A stretch of DNA of 64,000 bases from Rhodothermales bacterium. GTDB taxonomy: Bacteria; Bacteroidota; Rhodothermia; Rhodothermales; Bin80. Both the position numbers and the translations under genes were made by a program. The stretch spans positions 4,325 through 68,324 of the forward strand of contig CBDBMQ010000033.1 in assembly GCA_965207565.1 (NCBI GenBank), read 5' to 3'. Below the pieces are notes generated by a model that saw only the letters and a program-made list of their open reading frames with translations, made no database searches and had not been told where the DNA came from. This document shows, piece by piece, positions 48,876 through 57,949 of this stretch (position 1 is its first letter; each line of letters begins with the position of its first letter).

Positions 48876-50105
48876 TCAGAGACCCCGGGCAACTGCCTGG
48901 CTCGGCTCACTCCGTGCTGCGCGCCATGCCGGATATAGCGCGGCGACCAAACACAAACCGAACGAAACCCCCAGGATGAAAACCAGATCCAGGATGTGGA
49001 TCGAAACCGGATAGGATTCAATTACAAAGGATTCCGCCCCCAAGAGAGGTACAAGTTGAAAGTGTTTCTGCAGGAATAGAATCCCAAGCCCCACCACGAA
49101 CCCGGTTCCTGCACCAATCAGCCCGATCATCCCGCCCTGCACGAGGAAAAGTTGCCGAATATCCCTGGAAGTGGCCCCCATCGCCTGCAGAACGCCAATG
49201 TCCCGTTTCTTTTCTACGACAACCATGGTGAGCGACCCTACAATACTGAACGCTGCGACCACGCAGATGAGGATCAGTATTAAGGATGCGCCCCATTTTT
49301 CCAGTCGCATAACATCATAAAGGGAGCGCTGAAGATCATACCAAGTTTGAACCTTCAACCCGCTGGGATTGGAGGCTTCGAGTGTTTGCTTTACCTGCTG
49401 TGCCTGCTCCAGGCTGGTGAGTCGCAATTCGATCCCGGTAACGGCGTCCTTCAGATGAAAAAGATCCTGTGCCTCTTTGATTCCAATAAATACATGCGTG
49501 TTGTCGTAAGTCTCTTCAAGTTTATATAACCCCCGCACCTCAAATTCTTGCACCACTGGCGGAGAAAAGACGCGTGTGAGCATTTGCCCCAGTCCCTGTG
49601 CAGAAAACAGCATTGCCTGGCTGTTCTCGGAGCCTGGAGACAGCCCCAAGCGCTGCCCCAGGCTAAATCCTATCACCATCCCCTGTTCGCTGGTGTCAAA
49701 CTCCCCGGCGACGAGCCCCTCTCCTGTTGTATTCTCCGCCACACCTCGCAGGACCACAACGCGGTTGACTTCCGACTGTGTGACGGTTACGAGGAGAGCT
49801 TTTCCTTCAACGTAGGGATCCGCGCTTAGGACCTGCGGAATCTGTCTGGCTTGACCTGCGATCCTGTTTGCTTCTTCCTGCGACAACCCGCCTCCGGGCT
49901 CCGCGACGATGCGGACATGTGGGTCCATCGAAACGAGCATGTCTCGCACAACATCATAAAACCCATTCATGACGGACAGAACCACGATCAGTGCAGCAAC
50001 ACCGACGGCCACGCCGGTCATAGAAATTCCCGAAATAATCGTAACGAGCGGGATTCGTTGTCGGCTATGCAAGTACCGTCGTGCAATAAACAGCCGATAG
50101 TTCAT
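48876..50105 (-). CDS. LolC/LolE-family (FtsX/MacB-type) ABC transporter permease
   Basis: 409 aa. IARRYLHSRQR N-terminus, periplasmic MacB_PCD-like domain, C-terminal FtsX 3-TM bundle. Confidence 0.88.
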   Translation of the reverse strand: MNYRLFIARRYLHSRQRIPLVTIISGISMTGVAVGVAALIVVLSVMNGFYDVVRDMLVSMDPHVRIVAEPGGGLSQEEANRIAGQARQIPQVLSADPYVEGKALLVTVTQSEVNRVVVLRGVAENTTGEGLVAGEFDTSEQGMVIGFSLGQRLGLSPGSENSQAMLFSAQGLGQMLTRVFSPPVVQEFEVRGLYKLEETYDNTHVFIGIKEAQDLFHLKDAVTGIELRLTSLEQAQQVKQTLEASNPSGLKVQTWYDLQRSLYDVMRLEKWGASLILILICVVAAFSIVGSLTMVVVEKKRDIGVLQAMGATSRDIRQLFLVQGGMIGLIGAGTGFVVGLGILFLQKHFQLVPLLGAESFVIESYPVSIHILDLVFILGVSFGLCLVAALYPAWRAARSEPSQAVARGL

Positions 50106-50184
50106 CCCTGGGCTTCGAGTTTGCTTGTTGTGGTCATACGTTTCAGGCCTAGGCCCAGCGGACCTGTACCTGATTCAGGACAGG

Positions 50185-51282
50185 TTAGACATTGAACCGA
50201 AAAAGAATCACGTCTCCATCTTGAACGACATACTCCTTGCCTTCGGACCGCATAATCCCGGACGCGCGTGCGGCAGCCTCGGAGCCTACGCGAATCAGGT
50301 CTTCTACCTGCACGGTCTCTGCGCGAATGAATCCGCGCTCAAAGTCGCTATGGATTTGTCCTGCTGCCTGTGGAGCACGTGTTCCGATTTTGACGGTCCA
50401 CGCTCGTGTTTCATTTGGTCCATGTGTAAAGAACGTAATAAGATCCAATAATTTATATGCTGTCTGGATCAAGCGTTGCAACCCATTTGCCTGAAGTCCC
50501 TCGCTCACTAGGAAAACGTCTTTTTCTTCCTCCTCCAGTTCTGACAACTGCGCTTCGAAGTCTGCGCTCAGGATTAGGCATTCTGCCTGCTCTCTGGTGG
50601 CAATCTTCTGAACTTGTTCGGCCCAGACATTCCCCTGAGGCAAATCTACCTCCCCCACATTTGCAATATAGAGAATTGGCCTACTAGTTAAGAGGAATAA
50701 CCCCCCAATATAGTGCTGCTCTTTTTTGGAGAGGTCTTTTAAGAGCCGTGCGGGGCTACCCTGCGACAGGTGAGCAACGAGGCGTTCTGCGAATGCGGCC
50801 TTTGCAATCGCGTCTGCATCCCCTCCCTTCGCCGCTCTCTCCCACTTTTCAGCGAAGCGCTCCACCGTATCCAAATCTTTCAATAAGAGCTCTGTATTCA
50901 CGATCTCTATGTCACGCTCTGGATCCACGCTCCCGGCAACATGGGATATCCCGGTGGCATCAAAGCAGCGGACAACATGCACTAACGCATCTACCTGTCG
51001 AATATGCCCCAGAAATGCATTCCCCAGTCCTTCGCCACGAGATGCGCCAGCAACCAGACCCGCAATATCTACAAATTCTATCGTGGTCGGAATAACTCGT
51101 TCGGATGGGGAAACAGCGACCAGTCGCTCCAGTCGTTCATCCGGGACGGGCACGATTCCTCGATTGGGATCAATGGTGCAAAACGGATAATTCGCCGCAA
51201 CTGCGCCAACCCCACTCAGCGCATTAAACAGTGTGGATTTTCCAATATTGGGTAATCCAACGATACCACAATTGAGGGACAT
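50185..51282 (-). CDS. ychF: ribosome-binding ATPase YchF
   Basis: 365 aa. GIVGLPNIGKSTLFNAL, with a TGS-like C-terminus ending GDVILFRFNV. Confidence 0.96.
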   Translation of the reverse strand: MSLNCGIVGLPNIGKSTLFNALSGVGAVAANYPFCTIDPNRGIVPVPDERLERLVAVSPSERVIPTTIEFVDIAGLVAGASRGEGLGNAFLGHIRQVDALVHVVRCFDATGISHVAGSVDPERDIEIVNTELLLKDLDTVERFAEKWERAAKGGDADAIAKAAFAERLVAHLSQGSPARLLKDLSKKEQHYIGGLFLLTSRPILYIANVGEVDLPQGNVWAEQVQKIATREQAECLILSADFEAQLSELEEEEKDVFLVSEGLQANGLQRLIQTAYKLLDLITFFTHGPNETRAWTVKIGTRAPQAAGQIHSDFERGFIRAETVQVEDLIRVGSEAAARASGIMRSEGKEYVVQDGDVILFRFNV

Positions 51283-51324
51283 TGCCTGGCGACTATCAAA
51301 TTTTTGCTAGAATGCGGGTCATCT

Positions 51325-51351
51325 CCGATCAAATGAGTGATCGGTTTTTTT
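51325..51351 (+). terminator. orphan rho-independent-terminator-like hairpin
   Basis: CCGATCA-aatgag-TGATCGG (7-bp stem) followed by TTTTTTT. No plus-strand gene lies upstream of it. Confidence 0.4.
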
Positions 51352-51629
51352 GCAGAGATGAAGTGTTTAGATCTATTCGCTTATGTACGAGTTCTTTCCG
51401 TCAATCCTGGACCGTTCAGCCCTTATACGTTCACCGTGCAGTGAGGCTCAATAGGTCCTTTCGTTTATGGGCTGGAGGATTCGCCGAACCTTTTGACTTC
51501 TTGCCTACCACATGCCAGAAAATTTCTGCCGTCTCGCCAAAAGCGTCCCACCTCCTAATGGGTACAGCCAAAAAGGCTTGAATCATTGAACTGAAATGAC
51601 GGTCTCCTTTGATATAGAATGAACGCCCA

Positions 51630-52163
51630 TTGCCTTTGGTGTGTAAACAGTATTTCGTTGTACCTGCCGATCAAGTGTTAAAACTATTCCGAAGGACCTG
51701 TGTGTTTGTTTTCCTAACCCTGAGCGGATTAATGGCCTTCGCTCAGTCATCCCACATACAGGCTGGACTAGGAGGATGGCCGGGGGCCGGCATGCAATTC
51801 GTACACGTTCAGGCCCGTAGTATCTATTCGCTAGAGGTTCTTTCTTCCGTTGATACCGAACTATGGAAGGAAAGGACCCCCGTATATGTCTCTGCAGGTG
51901 TTGGGGCGGCACTGAGGCCGCTAGGGATCCTTCGTATGATTGGCCAGGCAAACTACTCCTATGATCTATACTTGGGGGTCCGTTTCGGCCCAGCACTAAC
52001 TTTCCTGCACAAACAAACTCGCGCGGAAAAAAACCGCCAATTCAGTCTCTTCCTAGATCCTTTTCTCCGATATACGCGACCAATTGGGCAACAAACCGCG
52101 TTCATTGAAATCGGGTCACAGCGTCCATCTCTGCGTGCGGGACTCTGGATTCCTCTTAACTAA
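51630..52163 (+). CDS. hypothetical secreted / outer-membrane protein
   Basis: 177-aa ORF with a signal-peptide-like VFVFLTLSGLMAFAQ and alternating beta-strand-like sequence. No family recognised, and the start (TTG) is uncertain. Confidence 0.45.
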   Translation: MPLVCKQYFVVPADQVLKLFRRTCVFVFLTLSGLMAFAQSSHIQAGLGGWPGAGMQFVHVQARSIYSLEVLSSVDTELWKERTPVYVSAGVGAALRPLGILRMIGQANYSYDLYLGVRFGPALTFLHKQTRAEKNRQFSLFLDPFLRYTRPIGQQTAFIEIGSQRPSLRAGLWIPLN

Positions 52164-52211
52164 CGATCCTTGTGTGTGTCTTCACGAAGCATGACAAATG
52201 TGTTTCATGAG

Positions 52212-52709
52212 CTATCCTGAGCGCTGAGTATCCTGTCGGCTGACCATCTCTTCCCATCCTTGACGGCCTCCCTCGCTTTTTATCAGTCTCCCCTCCTTTC
52301 TTAATCTAAACGCAATCGTATCTAGTACTCCATTCACAAAATCCTTGCTCTCCTCTGTGCTGAAAATCTTTGCCAACTCAATTGCTTCGTTCATCGTCGC
52401 CTTGGGTGGAATCTGGTCAAAGTGCAAAAACTCACAAACCGCCATACGAAGAATAATCAGATCAATTCTGAGTATGCGATTTAACTCCCAGTTCCTGGCA
52501 TTGTCAGCGATAATTCCATCCAGTTGATCCTGGTTGGCAATTACGGTCTCAAACAGCCGAATTCCCATTTCCGTTGCCCCATCCTGTCTTGGCAGTCTTG
52601 GTAAAAGAGTCGTCTTGTACACATGTGTCTGGGTATCGCCACTGAGCATATGTGCATAAAGCGCCTGTAAGGTCGCGTAGCGAGCACGACGACGAGGTGG
52701 TATTGCCAT
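52212..52709 (-). CDS. nusB: transcription antitermination factor NusB
   Basis: 165 aa. RRRARYATLQALYAHMLSG, and a NusB fold motif around NEAIELAKIFSTEESKDFVNGVLD. Confidence 0.92.
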   Translation of the reverse strand: MAIPPRRRARYATLQALYAHMLSGDTQTHVYKTTLLPRLPRQDGATEMGIRLFETVIANQDQLDGIIADNARNWELNRILRIDLIILRMAVCEFLHFDQIPPKATMNEAIELAKIFSTEESKDFVNGVLDTIAFRLRKEGRLIKSEGGRQGWEEMVSRQDTQRSG

Positions 52710-53357
52710 TGGATCTTTGGTTGTGCCAAAGGACTAAGCCTCAAGCCCATTAAACATACTCCCCCTTTGTAACACAAAACTGCCATTCATGATTGCAACC
52801 AGTCTTCTGCAGAGGCATAGCGAACAGTCTTCAGACATCTACGCGAATTATTTGAGCAAGATACATCATCTGGAAAGGAAGGATCGCTATCCACAAAAGG
52901 GGGGAATCAACATTAACAAGGTATTTGGTAAAAATTTTCTTATACGTTGTTGGTACTGTGGAATTGTTGATAACCGTCAGAAATCATTGTCTATTTCGGC
53001 ATGAATCATGCTGTGAGGGTAATTTATGGGGTTTCGGGGTAGTCAAGAGAATCATGAGGGCTTGTTGGGATCATGTGTGTTACTACCTACAATTTCACGA
53101 AATCGGCTTTTTGAGACAGAGGCCTCATAAAATCGGATCTAGAACTCACAGGTTATCCACGGACTGCTGGCATAAATAGTGGATCATGCCGGTTATACTC
53201 CGGCGACGGAAAATTACAGCAGGAGTTCAAAAACAAGGAGTTGATAGGCAAGCTGCTACTGGCGAGAAGGGATCTTTGCCGGGCAAAGGCGTAATTTAGT
53301 ACAATCTGATTTCGTGTCGGACAGAGGGAATGAAAGAGGTCCATACTTCTCAATAGA

Positions 53358-54572
53358 ATGACCCCTAAAGAAGCTTTCCAAAAGATACATTCGGAAATCT
53401 CCGCCATGCCAACGGAGGAGCTTACGCTGCGTGCGGCATCTGGGCGGGTACTCCGTGAAGATATTGTTGCACGAAAGGCCATTCCGCCGTTCGATAATTC
53501 GGCGATGGATGGGTTTGCGGTCCGTATGGATGATCTGACACAAACACCAACAGATCTCCACCTTGAGGGGGAAGTTTCCGCGGGAGAGGCCCCGGACACT
53601 GAGGTGAAACCAGGGTCATGCATCCGTATCATGACCGGGGCGCAGATTCCTCTTGGCGCGGAAGCAGTGGTCCCGCTGGAATGGACTACCGAAATCAATC
53701 AGGAAACGGTGCGTATCCATCGCGGACCAGAGCGGGGGGGCTATATACGGAGGGCAGCGAAGGATGCTTTACAGGGGGCAGCCGTGGTAAAAAGTGGCAC
53801 GCGAATTACGCCGCCAGTCATGGGTATGATCGCTGCGGCAGGATATGACAAGATAAAGGTGGGAAAAACCCCAAGTGTGGTCATCATCACAACGGGGAAT
53901 GAATTGCACCTTGATATGACAAAGCCCCTCCCTCCTGCCCAAATTTATGATGCCAATGGCCCAGGGCTGTTTGCACAGGTACTGGAAACTGGTGCAGCAG
54001 CTCTAGAGCCGGAGGTTGCCCGAGACGACAAGAAGGACCTTGCGGACCAAATTAGGCAGGGAATGGATGCAGATGTGATGGTCATTAGCGGGGGCGTATC
54101 CGTAGGCAAGTATGACTTTGTTCAGGAAGTACTTGAGGCCCTGGGGTTTGAAAAGGGTTTTTGGCGGGTCCGTCAGCGGCCTGGAGGCCCTATGCTGTTT
54201 GGAATGCTTAGATCCCAACCAGTTTTTGGGTTGCCGGGGAATCCGGTTTCGTCAGCCATCTGCTTTCAGCAGTATGTGCGGCCAGCCCTTCTCTTGATGA
54301 TGGGAGCCACGGAGATTCATCCACCCCGGATGAAAGCAAAATTGGGGACATCCGTGCGCAAGAAGGCTGGCTTATATCATTTCGTGCGCGGGAAAGCCAT
54401 GTGGGAGAAAAACGGTCAATTGATAGTGCACACGACTGGCCCGCAGGCGTCAAATCTTTATTCCTCACTGCAGCACGCCAACTGCCTTATTCATCTTGAG
54501 GAAGAGGTGGTTAATCCCTCCGAGAATGAGGAAGTGATCATTACTCCCTTGCCATGGGCGGTTATCGGCTGA
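53358..54572 (+). CDS. moeA: molybdopterin molybdenumtransferase MoeA
   Basis: 404 aa. [36 protein letters not shown]. Confidence 0.94.
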   Translation: MTPKEAFQKIHSEISAMPTEELTLRAASGRVLREDIVARKAIPPFDNSAMDGFAVRMDDLTQTPTDLHLEGEVSAGEAPDTEVKPGSCIRIMTGAQIPLGAEAVVPLEWTTEINQETVRIHRGPERGGYIRRAAKDALQGAAVVKSGTRITPPVMGMIAAAGYDKIKVGKTPSVVIITTGNELHLDMTKPLPPAQIYDANGPGLFAQVLETGAAALEPEVARDDKKDLADQIRQGMDADVMVISGGVSVGKYDFVQEVLEALGFEKGFWRVRQRPGGPMLFGMLRSQPVFGLPGNPVSSAICFQQYVRPALLLMMGATEIHPPRMKAKLGTSVRKKAGLYHFVRGKAMWEKNGQLIVHTTGPQASNLYSSLQHANCLIHLEEEVVNPSENEEVIITPLPWAVIG

Positions 54573-56211
54573 GCAGAGCCAGTTCTTGGGCCTCTGACCA
54601 CAACAACAGACTCTCCTGAAAGACCTCATCAATTGCATTGAAAAGAGGCACGGCAACACGGGAACCATACAATTGCCGGCCAAGAAGGGCCTTGAAATAA
54701 AGTCGCAGGGGTTCCTCGTTTTCCTCAAGCGCATCGTAGGTGAATTGTAATTCCTCGGGCGAAGGATCCGCCGGAACGAATGTGACAGGGACTTGGGCGC
54801 TTTCGCCAGTAGCCCATAAGGCATTCCATTGAGCAGAGGAAAAAGAAAAGTCACGCACGAACATTTCCGGTTGATCTTCCCAGGCGGTTCGCAGTGCTTG
54901 CTCATTGGCTTCAAACCAGAGACGGAAGGTTTCGAAGAAGCCGCCGCCATAGAGAGCCTGAAGGATACGGGGCATTAAGGAGTCTGACAGCACCGAATGA
55001 TCGGGGGTGATTCCACCGTCTCCAAATACGGTGCGACCGTGTGTAGTCATAAATTTCAGCGAGTCGGGAATCTGGTTCACATAGCCTTCGGGGTCCCGAT
55101 CTGCTTCGATCCAGCTTTCCAGTTTGTCTTCGAGGTAGGCCTCGCGGTCTCCCTCCTCATAGGGCGTCTGGATCAGGCGGCCAGAAGGAGTATAGTAGCG
55201 AGCAGTTGTGATTTGGAGTCGGCTATCATCGGGAAGAGGATATTGATTCTGGACGAGACCTTTTCCATAGGTCCGTTGGCCGATCAATAGGGCACGATCA
55301 TGGTCCTGCAGGGCTCCGGCTACAATTTCGCTTGCCGAAACGGAATTGTGATTAATCAGAACAATGATCGGCTGGGTTTCGAAGCGACCCGAATGCCCTG
55401 CAGCATAGATCTCATCGGATACGTTGCGTCCCTTTACGCTGACAATGATGTCATTGCCGCTCAGAAGTTCATCTACAACGGCAACAGCCGACTGCAGGAT
55501 TCCACCGCCATTATCCCGAAGATCCAAAATCAAGCGCCCCATTCCCTGCCCTTGGAGATCCGCGACCGCCTGGAGGAACTCGGCATAGGTGCTTTGAGCG
55601 AAGCGATTAATTCGGATATATCCCGTGAGCTCATCCACCATATAACTGCTGGTGACCGAGTAAAGAGGAATCAGATCCCGCGTGATCAACACATCGAACG
55701 GCTGTTTCAGTCCCAAGCGATAGATCGTTACCTGAACTTGTGTTCCAATGGGGCCTTTCAGGCGCCGCTTCACTTCATCTTCGCCGACCCCAACGATTGA
55801 GGTGTCGTTGACAGCAATGATCCGGTCACCCGCTCGGATTCCCACCTTTTCGCTGGGGCCGTTTTCAATGGGAGAGACGACACGAGCCGTGTCCCCATCA
55901 AACACTTGGAACCAGACCCCAATACCACCAAAGGAGCCCCGGAATGATTCTTCGACCTCCTTGAATGCCGATGCATCAATGTAGGAGGAGTGAGGATCAA
56001 GGGATTCAATCATTCCGCCAATCGCGTTTTCCGCTACTTTGTTTGGATCCACAGGATCAACGTATCTACGGTTAATCAGAAGAAACGCTTCCTCCAGTTT
56101 ATGCAAGCTCTCTTTCGTATCATTGAGGTATGAACTAACAGAGCCTCCAAGCAGCCCACCTGTCAGAAACAGCAAAACGATCAGGAGAATGTAGCGGGAT
56201 GAGGCTTTCAT
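54562..56211 (-). CDS. S41 family C-terminal processing peptidase (Ctp/Prc)
   Basis: PDZ domain followed by [38 protein letters not shown] (Ser/Lys dyad region). The ATG at 56211 ([10 protein letters not shown], signal anchor) is preferred over the ORF start at 56244. Confidence 0.9.
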   Translation of the reverse strand: MKASSRYILLIVLLFLTGGLLGGSVSSYLNDTKESLHKLEEAFLLINRRYVDPVDPNKVAENAIGGMIESLDPHSSYIDASAFKEVEESFRGSFGGIGVWFQVFDGDTARVVSPIENGPSEKVGIRAGDRIIAVNDTSIVGVGEDEVKRRLKGPIGTQVQVTIYRLGLKQPFDVLITRDLIPLYSVTSSYMVDELTGYIRINRFAQSTYAEFLQAVADLQGQGMGRLILDLRDNGGGILQSAVAVVDELLSGNDIIVSVKGRNVSDEIYAAGHSGRFETQPIIVLINHNSVSASEIVAGALQDHDRALLIGQRTYGKGLVQNQYPLPDDSRLQITTARYYTPSGRLIQTPYEEGDREAYLEDKLESWIEADRDPEGYVNQIPDSLKFMTTHGRTVFGDGGITPDHSVLSDSLMPRILQALYGGGFFETFRLWFEANEQALRTAWEDQPEMFVRDFSFSSAQWNALWATGESAQVPVTFVPADPSPEELQFTYDALEENEEPLRLYFKALLGRQLYGSRVAVPLFNAIDEVFQESLLLWSEAQELALLSR

Positions 56212-56455
56212 AAAAAAAGAGGGTTCGGTGCAATCCTCAAACAAGGGATGCCTGAAGAGAGTATTTCTCTCGTTCAGAACGCGTAATCGTCCTCAAATAT
56301 AGGGATATCTGATAAAGATGCCTCTGTAACGGGTAACGGCGGCATCACAATGGGCAAGGGTCGTTATTCACCTAAGGGTTGCAGTCGGTCGAGACTGCCT
56401 CACCTTGGGTCCTTGCTCCATGTTTATAATTCCCATATTTTTCATTTGGGACTGG

Positions 56456-57691
56456 CTATCCGGTAGATTCTCTCGTTCGTCGTATTAAGGTTGGATAGAG
56501 GTCCAGGCCTCCACAGAAGAAAAGGATTGCAACTCTAAAGTTTTCAAACATTCTGTAGCCTCTACCGATGGTTTTGACTTCCTGGATTTTGCCGTTGCAT
56601 GCTTTGCCGTTGGACTGTTCATGACAAAGAGCATTGCAGACGCCGTCAAAATGTCGTTCGAACATCCCTGCAATCTTGATCACTTCCGTTACAGCTGCAT
56701 CTTGAACACTGGCAAGCCAGAGTCCAAAGTGTGCATTCCCTTCGGCGAAGGAGTAACATTCAAAAACCCCCTTGAATTCTTCGCGTAACCGCCAGGCGAG
56801 GCTCACTTGGAGGTTCGATTTCTGGATGACTTTGAAGATCTCATCTTGCTTTTGGGTACGATTGGCTTCATTCTTCAAAAGTACATAACGAGTCCCTTTT
56901 AATTCGGGATAGGTCTTCACTTCCCGCCTGCGTACCCGGTTGATTGCTTTATTGAGATACTGGATTAAGTGAAAGCGATCGTGAATCAGGGTCTCGTTGG
57001 GAAATACCGTCTCAACGGCCGTGATATAGGTCGTCCACATATCGGTCGTGATCGTTTCCACAACGCCTTTGATCTCCGCAAAAATGCGCTCGAACGACGC
57101 GATGGTGCCTTTTTTGGTCCGCCCTTCGCCTACATCAATGACCACGCCACGCGCAGAATTACTCACGATTGTCGCATACACATGATTCCGCTTCAGCGCC
57201 TTCTCATTCACGCTCACATGCTGAATTCCCTGCAGAGATCGCCGAAGAAGACCCCGCTCAACACTGCGATGCATGATCCGGTTGAGCTGGTTCAATCCGC
57301 AGCGGAGCAGCTTTGCCGTTTTGGTTTAGTTGTTGGTCGCGTTCAACAAATCAATCGCCCACCGCTCCAGGGAATAGGTCTCCTGGCTTGATGCATCCGC
57401 CCAAGGAATCTGAATGGTCTTAATCCCCGCAGAAGATTTGATCCGGGGAATCCGGCAGTGAACAAAACACTTGCATTGAAACCAGTCCAGATGACGCCAA
57501 GATCGCGTTCTGCGATGGTCATACAACGTCCCACGCTCCCCCGTCTCTGGACAAACAAGATTCTTCCCCGAATGGGATAGATAGACATCTACACGTTGCC
57601 CCTCCGTATCTATCACCACCTGATCAACCTGCCAGTCAGAACTGAGCCTCAAGGTGTAGCTCATCATCAAAGCTATCGTAGTATCTTGCAT
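56456..57691 (-). pseudogene. ISL3-family transposase interrupted by one in-frame TAA
   Basis: ORFs 57326..57691 (zf-ISL3/HTH part, CPETGERG...RHLDWFQCKC) and 56456..57295 (DDE_Tnp_ISL3 part, DMWTTYITAV...HDRFHLIQYL) are in the same frame. They are separated only by the TAA at 57326..57328, and the frame reads ..NATNN*TKTAKLLRCGLNQLNRIMH... Confidence 0.85.
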
Positions 57692-57747
57692 GAAAATGTC
57701 AGTTTTGGTTCATCCAAAATTAAACACTTCCACGCAAATGGGGACAG

Positions 57748-57936
57748 AACCAAATGATTATTACCCAGAATGGGAATCTAATTCGGCAAGCTGTAAGCAA
57801 AATTTCGGTGATTGGGCGGACTACGCAAGGCGTTCGACTCATTCGACTACGAGAAGATGATATAATCGCTGATGTCACACGCGTCATTTTGGAAGACGAA
57901 GAAGCAGATAAGGACGCTTTACCGAGCAAGGACTGA
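57748..57936 (+). pseudogene. gyrA: orphan 3' fragment of DNA gyrase subunit A (last C-terminal beta-pinwheel blade plus acidic tail)
   Basis: QMIITQNGNLIRQAVSKISVIGRTTQGVRLIRLREDDIIADVTRVILEDEEAD matches the GyrA CTD blade motif (ITxxGxxIR...GRxTQGVRLIxL). A stop lies at 57721 just upstream, and no gyrA sequence is present on the other side of the ISL3 element. Confidence 0.65.
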
Positions 57937-57949
57937 TGTCTGGTGCCAT

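Noticed and set aside
53180-53357. Possible molybdenum-cofactor (Moco) riboswitch in the moeA leader
   Set aside because: I could not recognise the conserved Moco-motif core or its multi-stem architecture by eye; only generic hairpins are present. This needs an Rfam RF01055 scan before any claim.
53153-53698. 181-aa minus-strand ORF spanning the moeA start
   Set aside because: It overlaps the well-supported moeA coding region in antisense and extends into the non-coding gap. No motifs were recognised.
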